From contig JACPMS010000042.1 in NCBI GenBank assembly GCA_016185875.1, forward strand, positions 1 through 31,811: a stretch of DNA of 31,811 nt, in the 5' to 3' direction. Below, one piece after another: positions 27,114-31,811 of the stretch (position 1 is its first letter; every line of letters starts with the position of its first letter). A model generated the notes under the pieces. It had not been told where the DNA came from. It saw only the letters and a program-made list of their open reading frames with translations, and searched no databases. The stretch is from Candidatus Woesearchaeota archaeon. GTDB taxonomy: Archaea; Nanobdellota; Nanobdellia; Woesearchaeales; GW2011-AR4. A program made the position numbers and the translations under genes.

Positions 27114-27135
27114 TTTTTTTATTTTTTGTCAAAAA

Positions 27136-27291
27136 CCACCAGTCATAGACTGGTGGCATGATTATATTATGATAAACATAGTGTGGTTTTGGACATTACA
27201 AAATTCCACTTATTGACTGGTAGTTTTTGAGCATATCCAAATTCCATGCACTGTGCTTGTTACACTTAAACCACTTATGAAACATAAGTGG
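27136..27291 (-). mobile_element. Non-autonomous IS200/IS605-like remnant bounded by two hairpins
   Basis: Perfect hairpins CCACCAGTC-ATA-GACTGGTGG (27136-27156) and CCACTTATG-AAA-CATAAGTGG (27271-27291). The interior minus strand has frameshifted NKWNFV/CPK resembling TnpA Y1 N-terminal strands. Confidence 0.5.
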
Positions 27292-27353
27292 AATTTTGAT
27301 ATTTAAAAAAGTTTATAAGGTAATTGAAAATAACCAAAACGGGGGTAACAAAA

Positions 27354-27584
27354 ATGATGGATGGCTATGGAATGATGGGGTACGGCTACTTTGGCTTGGG
27401 ATGGCTGTTCCAGATACTTATTTTGGTATTGTTCTTTGTAGTAATCTGGTGGATGCTCAAAAGCAGCGGAAGCTTTGGATTCAGGGCAAATGAAAGCGCT
27501 ATGGACATTCTTAAAAAAAGGCTGGCAAGCGGCGAGATAAGCCAAAAGGAATATGAAGCATTAAGAAAAGAGATTGAAAAATAA
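27354..27584 (+). CDS. SHOCT-domain membrane protein
   Basis: MMGYG-rich N-terminus, one transmembrane helix, AMDILKKRLASGEISQKEYE SHOCT motif. Confidence 0.85.
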   Translation: MMDGYGMMGYGYFGLGWLFQILILVLFFVVIWWMLKSSGSFGFRANESAMDILKKRLASGEISQKEYEALRKEIEK

Positions 27585-27590
27585 GCCAAT

Positions 27591-28004
27591 ATGGAAATTG
27601 ACAACAAAAGGCTTGTCATTGGATTAAGCCTTGTTTTTGTGCTGGGCATTTTATTTGCTATAGTCAATGGAATTTATACCTCATCCACAAACCACCAGCT
27701 GCCTTTGATTGTTTATGGCATTTCCTTTCTTTCAATTTTGATTGGGGCTTTCATTGTTGTCATGTTTCAATTTAAAATCAGCAAAATCCAGCTTGAAAGG
27801 GTCTTAAAGATACTGCCGAAGGAGGAAAGAATTGTAGTCAAGATTTTATTGGACAATAATAACTCCATAGAGCAGAACAAATTGGTTGTATTGTCAGGCT
27901 ATACAAAAGTCCAGATTTCAAGAATAGTTCAAAAACTGGTTGAAAGGGATGTTGTTGAGAAAAAGAATATGGGGAATACGAATTTGGTTATGCTGAAGAT
28001 TTAG
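27591..28004 (+). CDS. Membrane-anchored winged-helix transcriptional regulator
   Basis: Two N-terminal transmembrane helices, then LPKEERIVV...IEQNKLVVLSGYTKVQISRIVQKLVERDVVEKKNMGNTN. Confidence 0.8.
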   Translation: MEIDNKRLVIGLSLVFVLGILFAIVNGIYTSSTNHQLPLIVYGISFLSILIGAFIVVMFQFKISKIQLERVLKILPKEERIVVKILLDNNNSIEQNKLVVLSGYTKVQISRIVQKLVERDVVEKKNMGNTNLVMLKI

Positions 28005-28011
28005 GATAAAA

Positions 28012-28605
28012 TTAGCTTTTTGTTTGCGTAGATGTCCTATATGCTTCAATTTTAGATTGAAGATACCTTGCATCTCTCCTTACCTGGGATGTCTCATATC
28101 TATGTGATGAAAGAGCTAATCCACCGACAAATCCAATCCCAGCTGATGCATATAACGGTAAATTTTTAATAAAGTGTCTTCTATCTATCTTTTTTGGGGC
28201 TGAAGGAGTATAGTCTATTTGTTTACGGCCAACTTTTTCTGCTGCCGCACCCACTCCAGCGAATACTGTTCCTAAAGTAACTGGATTCAAAACTAAATTA
28301 TAAAAATTATTATGAAGGGGGTATCCTAGAAGTTCTCTTAATTCTTGAAATGTTAATAACTCTTCATTGCTAAGAATATTGTAATGAGGATAAAAAGTCT
28401 TTAAACCACCAACCCTCCTTATAGCTTTTTCCAGTTCTGAAGGAATGGTAGTTTCGCCCTCCATTGCTCTTCTTAAAATCGAGTTATTTGGACGAAGTCT
28501 TTCCAAAGCTTTATTGTATTCCTTACCTTTATCTACTTGAACGTAAGGTGAAATTCCTTGAATTTCTCTTAAAGTTTGGACCAGTGTCTCTTCCATATCT
28601 TCCAT
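28012..28605 (-). CDS. Hypothetical membrane-associated protein (AT-rich orphan)
   Basis: 197 aa, two hydrophobic segments, internal IDRRHFIK motif. Confidence 0.6.
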   Translation of the reverse strand: MEDMEETLVQTLREIQGISPYVQVDKGKEYNKALERLRPNNSILRRAMEGETTIPSELEKAIRRVGGLKTFYPHYNILSNEELLTFQELRELLGYPLHNNFYNLVLNPVTLGTVFAGVGAAAEKVGRKQIDYTPSAPKKIDRRHFIKNLPLYASAGIGFVGGLALSSHRYETSQVRRDARYLQSKIEAYRTSTQTKS

Positions 28606-28666
28606 GGAAAAGAGTGATAGTTTCCCCTTTTTAAATCTTTCTTTTGTAACTACTGTTAAGTTATGC

Positions 28667-29674
28667 TTAGACTTTGTCCCCCATCTTCAAAACCTTATCA
28701 TAATTATATCTTAAAGCCTTATTGTCAGGATGCTTCTTCAACTGCTCTTCCAAAATTTTCTTTGCCTGCTCAAATTTTCCAGTTGACATGTAGACAACTG
28801 CAAGATTATTTGCAGGACTTGGGTTGTCTGGATTATATTTCATGCTTTTTTTATAATATTCAATTGCCCTGTTCTTGTCATTCATTTGCAGGTATATTTT
28901 TGCAATCTCTGAAAACACTAACTTGTAATTGGGGTTTATTTTTGCAGTTTTTCCAAAGTATTTCAATGCATTTCCAAAATCACTTCTGCCAAGATGCATC
29001 CTTGCTGCCTGATAGTTATAGCGATCACTTTTTGGGTCTTCCTCCAATTGCTTCAATATGATTTTTGAATATTGTACTGTTTTGCCGCTTATTAATTTTG
29101 CATCTTTCAAAGATCCGAAATGGTGCAGAACAACATCAATCTTCTTATACTCCATATTTTTTTCAATGATTGAGTCCTCAATTAATTCGTGAACCCTGTG
29201 CTTGAAGTAAAGCCCTAATTTGTTCCTGAACAGCCTGACTAGATGATGGGAAATATAAAACTGGCAATCTTTCACTAAACTAAAATCTGAATCGTTTTTT
29301 AAAGCGCCTTCAAAAAAATCATTAATGTAAGACCTTTGCTCTATTGTAAAACCAACTATGCCATTATCTGCATTTTCAATTTCATTTTTTATCTTTCTTA
29401 AATCATTCTTTTCGATAACTTCATCAGCATCAAGCACAAGTATCCAGTCCTTTGTTGCATGCTTTATGCTTTCGTTCCTTGCAGCAGAGAAATCATCAAT
29501 CCATTTAAAATGGAACATTTTTGCGCTAAATTTTTTAGCGATTTCCAAAGTTTTATCTTCGCTTCCAGTATCGACAATAATAATCTCATCAACAATATCT
29601 TTTACAGAGTTTAGGCATTGCTCTAGGAAAACCTCTTCATTCTTTGTTATCATGCATAGAGAGATTGTTGGCAT
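28667..29674 (-). CDS. Family 2 glycosyltransferase with C-terminal TPR repeats
   Basis: ISLCMITKNEE, IIVDTGSED, DFSAARN, WILVLDADE, HRVHE, HHFG, then TPRs (ANNLAVVY). Confidence 0.9.
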   Translation of the reverse strand: MPTISLCMITKNEEVFLEQCLNSVKDIVDEIIIVDTGSEDKTLEIAKKFSAKMFHFKWIDDFSAARNESIKHATKDWILVLDADEVIEKNDLRKIKNEIENADNGIVGFTIEQRSYINDFFEGALKNDSDFSLVKDCQFYISHHLVRLFRNKLGLYFKHRVHELIEDSIIEKNMEYKKIDVVLHHFGSLKDAKLISGKTVQYSKIILKQLEEDPKSDRYNYQAARMHLGRSDFGNALKYFGKTAKINPNYKLVFSEIAKIYLQMNDKNRAIEYYKKSMKYNPDNPSPANNLAVVYMSTGKFEQAKKILEEQLKKHPDNKALRYNYDKVLKMGDKV

Positions 29675-29675
29675 T

Positions 29676-30671
29676 TTATGGGTAAGTATAGCTCAATATC
29701 AATTCCTTATTTGAGTTTCTTAGGTATAAGGTATCACCATCATCATTCCAAATACATGGGCTGTATTTGTTCCAATAAAGTTTTGTTGCTGTATTAGTGC
29801 CACTGCCACTGTACAAACTGAATATCGCTCCACTTTCTAATTCATAGCTTTGGAATCTGTAACTGTGTATGGAATCATCACTCATATTCCACCCCGTCAT
29901 GTCACATGAGAAAGAGCAGCTATTCTTAAATATTACATATTCGCCATTTGGAGTTTGACAATCATTTCCCTCTGCATTATAATTAAAATCCAAAATTGAA
30001 ATACACTTATCATCACATATATTTTGCTGCGGCTGCGTCGAATTTGTCTGATTTTGGCTTGTTGAGTCTAAGCATTGCCCGTTTTCACATCCATACTCAC
30101 ATATGTTATGGTACAGCCATAAATTGCCATCTTCATTGCATTCCATCAGTACATCACTCCTGCAGCTGAAATCGCCTGGGTTGCATAGGTTAATGCAGCT
30201 GTCATTCATGCAGCCCCTGTCGCAACGCTCAGCAAGCGTGAAGGAGCAGTTGGAAAGCCTGTAGCTCCTCTCGAATTTGGATATGCATTTCCAGCCCTCT
30301 TCGCAAGCTGGCAGATTTTCTTGAATTGGATAATCTGATATTCCTTCTGCAGAAATTTTGCATTTTGAGAGACAATTGAAGTCACTGTAAGTTTCATTTA
30401 CCCACTGCCCTGTCTTCAAATCGCACTCCATATAAGCAAAGTCATTCTTGCATTTCTCTTCTGTTTGGCAGCATTTTTCCTCGCAGAACTTCTCGCTTGG
30501 GTATTTGCATGCCCTTAAAATTTCAGTTGCAGCATGCCCAGTAATTGCTGGATTTTTGTCTGAATTCATTTCTTCGGTTATCTTTTCTGAACATCCATTT
30601 ATAATGAGCATCAAAATTGGCAAAGCTATGATCAAATAGATGAATACCTTAGATTTGTCAAGATTATTCAA
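29676..30671 (-). CDS. Probable lipoprotein with Cys-rich repeats and C-terminal lamin-tail (LTD) domain
   Basis: True start is near TTG 30671 (or GTG 30689), since the longer track ORF reads through the tRNA-Ser gene. Lipobox-like LIINGC, many Cys clusters, EYVIFKN...DMTGW...IWNDDGDTLYLRN. Confidence 0.75.
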   Translation of the reverse strand: MNNLDKSKVFIYLIIALPILMLIINGCSEKITEEMNSDKNPAITGHAATEILRACKYPSEKFCEEKCCQTEEKCKNDFAYMECDLKTGQWVNETYSDFNCLSKCKISAEGISDYPIQENLPACEEGWKCISKFERSYRLSNCSFTLAERCDRGCMNDSCINLCNPGDFSCRSDVLMECNEDGNLWLYHNICEYGCENGQCLDSTSQNQTNSTQPQQNICDDKCISILDFNYNAEGNDCQTPNGEYVIFKNSCSFSCDMTGWNMSDDSIHSYRFQSYELESGAIFSLYSGSGTNTATKLYWNKYSPCIWNDDGDTLYLRNSNKELILSYTYP

Positions 30672-30701
30672 TATAGCTATTATTACCACCCCTTTTTTGA
30701 A

Positions 30702-30974
30702 CGCCAAGGCCCGGATTACTTGGAATTGTTTAACGCCATAGCTCGAATTCTGCGAATTCGCGGACCTCGTGCATAGCCCGAGGTTTCGAGACCGCCGCAC
30801 TACCAGATTATGCGACAGTGGCACAACAATTCCAAGTTCCCAAAAACCTCTCAGTTTTTGCGATGAACCGAGAAGCCCTTGCGGGCAGCAGTTCTCTTGA
30901 AAAATTCGAGACTGCCGCAATATTCTGATTGTGAGGCTCGTTCCTCGCCAACTGCCAGATTCTGCCACCTTGGC
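30702..30974 (-). tRNA. tRNA-Ser(CGA) with three introns (20/21 at 30953-30922; 37/38 at 30904-30894; 57/58 at 30863-30718)
   Basis: Acceptor GCCAAGG/CCTTGGC, G73, anticodon stem GCAGT/ACTGC, variable arm GCCC-GCAA-GGGC, T stem CTCGG/CCGGG. Splicing gives an 84-nt cloverleaf with a TTCAAAT loop. Confidence 0.88.
30734..30822 (-). ncRNA. T-armless tRNA-Ser(CGA)-like element nested in the T-loop intron
   Basis: 31 of the first 38 nt match the spliced host tRNA. Enclosed by a perfect 12-bp stem CTTGGAATTGTT/AACAATTCCAAG. Confidence 0.7.
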
Positions 30975-30997
30975 GTATGAAGAGAAGAACATAACCA

Positions 30998-31005
30998 CTT
31001 TAAAA
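30998..31005 (-). promoter_or_regulatory. TATA box of tRNA-Ser
   Basis: AAAAG-TTTTAAAG on the minus strand at -31..-24 relative to tRNA position 1. Confidence 0.6.
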
Positions 31006-31015
31006 CTTTTACCTT

Positions 31016-31129
31016 TTAATCACTGCAATCCCACATAAATCCGCAATTTAAGCACACTAGCTTGCAATGCCTTTCTATCATCTCAAATCCGCAGACTTCA
31101 CATATAATTTTTTCAGATTTTTCCTTCAC
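31016..31129 (-). CDS. Small Cys/His zinc-finger protein (37 aa)
   Basis: GTG start with GGTG site upstream. Translates as MKEKSEKIICEVCGFEMIERHCKLVCLNCGFMWDCSD, matching the CxxCG..HCKxxCxxCG..DCSD pattern of small archaeal zinc fingers. Confidence 0.78.
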   Translation of the reverse strand: MKEKSEKIICEVCGFEMIERHCKLVCLNCGFMWDCSD

Positions 31130-31469
31130 ATTTGACACCAAAGGAGCCATAGCTTAGGCTTAAATTGAACTTCTTGCACAAGAGGTTCATGACTATTAAA
31201 TTTTTCTCAGACGAGTCCCTGACAATGCACTGCCTGAATCCCTTGTTGTCCCATATTGATGCGCCGTCAACCTTGTCGCAGAATGTGATAAACTCATTGG
31301 GCTTCTCGACGTTAAAAGTCTCTGTTGCATTCCTTAACTCTTTTTCTATCTTTTTAACGTCATCCGGCACTGTTATAAATGCCCAAAACACGCTTGTAAG
31401 CACAACTCCAATGACTAAAGCACCTACAAAAATGCCCCATGCTTCCAATTCAGAGTATGTTTTTGCCAT
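31113..31469 (-). CDS. Hypothetical protein with N-terminal transmembrane helix and four Cys
   Basis: TATA-like TTTTTAAAC upstream, hydrophobic N-terminus. Overlaps the zinc-finger gene start. Confidence 0.6.
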   Translation of the reverse strand: MAKTYSELEAWGIFVGALVIGVVLTSVFWAFITVPDDVKKIEKELRNATETFNVEKPNEFITFCDKVDGASIWDNKGFRQCIVRDSSEKNLIVMNLLCKKFNLSLSYGSFGVKCEGKI

Positions 31470-31628
31470 CACAGAGTAGGAATGAAAATGAGTTTAAAAA
31501 GGTTTATTCCATTTAGTGGTTTGGAATGCCAATATTTTAATAAAAAACTGGGATAAATTTTATTTAGAAATAAATGCTCCCGCCGTGCTATACACGTTTT
31601 TGTTAAAAATTAGAGCTTATTTTTCCCG

Positions 31629-31811
31629 TTATTTCAATATTTTCTTTAGCTTTTTCTTAAATCCAGCTATATAAATTGGTTTTTGAAAATATTCAACAGG
31701 CTTTAATTTTTTTACAGTTTTTACACCCTCTTGGCCTAAATGTACAAGGGTTAAGAAAGCTACTTTCTGGTTCTTTAGCTTTGGATTAGCCCTAATATTT
31801 TCCAATACTTC
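31629..31811 (-). CDS. Response-regulator receiver (CheY-like) domain, C-terminal part
   Basis: Manual translation EVLENIRANPKLKNQKVAFLT...VEYFQKPIYIAGFKKKLKKILK with the conserved beta4 Thr and KP motif. The start lies outside the window. Confidence 0.75.
   Translation of the reverse strand, partial: EVLENIRANPKLKNQKVAFLTLVHLGQEGVKTVKKLKPVEYFQKPIYIAGFKKKLKKILK

Noticed and set aside
30702-30974. GC-rich structured region as SRP RNA or RNase P RNA
   Set aside because: It resolves fully into a tRNA cloverleaf plus introns, and no SRP helix-8 or RNase P P4 consensus was seen.
30672-30998. N-terminal ~109 aa of the track ORF 29676..30998
   Set aside because: It is an incidental open frame through the tRNA-Ser gene. 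The lipoprotein signal begins only after the tRNA.
1-31811. CRISPR array, rRNA, integrase or provirus
   Set aside because: No regularly spaced repeats, rRNA-like sequence or recombinase/capsid motifs were seen.

Overview
Archaeal genome segment, most likely from a DPANN lineage such as Woesearchaeota. That placement is inferred from archaeal LonB, Elp3, Spt5, uL11, thermosome, HMf-type histone and GluRS genes plus many short orphans. The housekeeping backbone runs lonB (partial), elp3, P-type ATPase, dtdA, the ftsZ-secE-spt5-rpl11 block, FKBP, cmk, HTH regulator, thermosome, gltX, histones, phosphoesterases and HIT. AT-rich orphan genes are interleaved with it. The most unusual content is non-coding and absent from the ORF track: four tRNA genes carrying at least eight bulge-helix-bulge (BHB) type introns, six at non-canonical positions. 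The tRNA-Ser(CGA) has a 146-nt T-loop intron that contains a structured, T-armless copy of the same tRNA. A second type II tRNA has serine-type identity elements but a CAG anticodon (UCA in an alternative register). The tRNA-Met intron carries a box D'/C'-like guide aimed at its own C34. The thermosome gene lacks the GDGTTT nucleotide-binding motif, and several real-looking genes under 60 aa are missed by the ORF track. No CRISPR array or rRNA was seen. All family assignments come from motif recognition by eye, not database searches.
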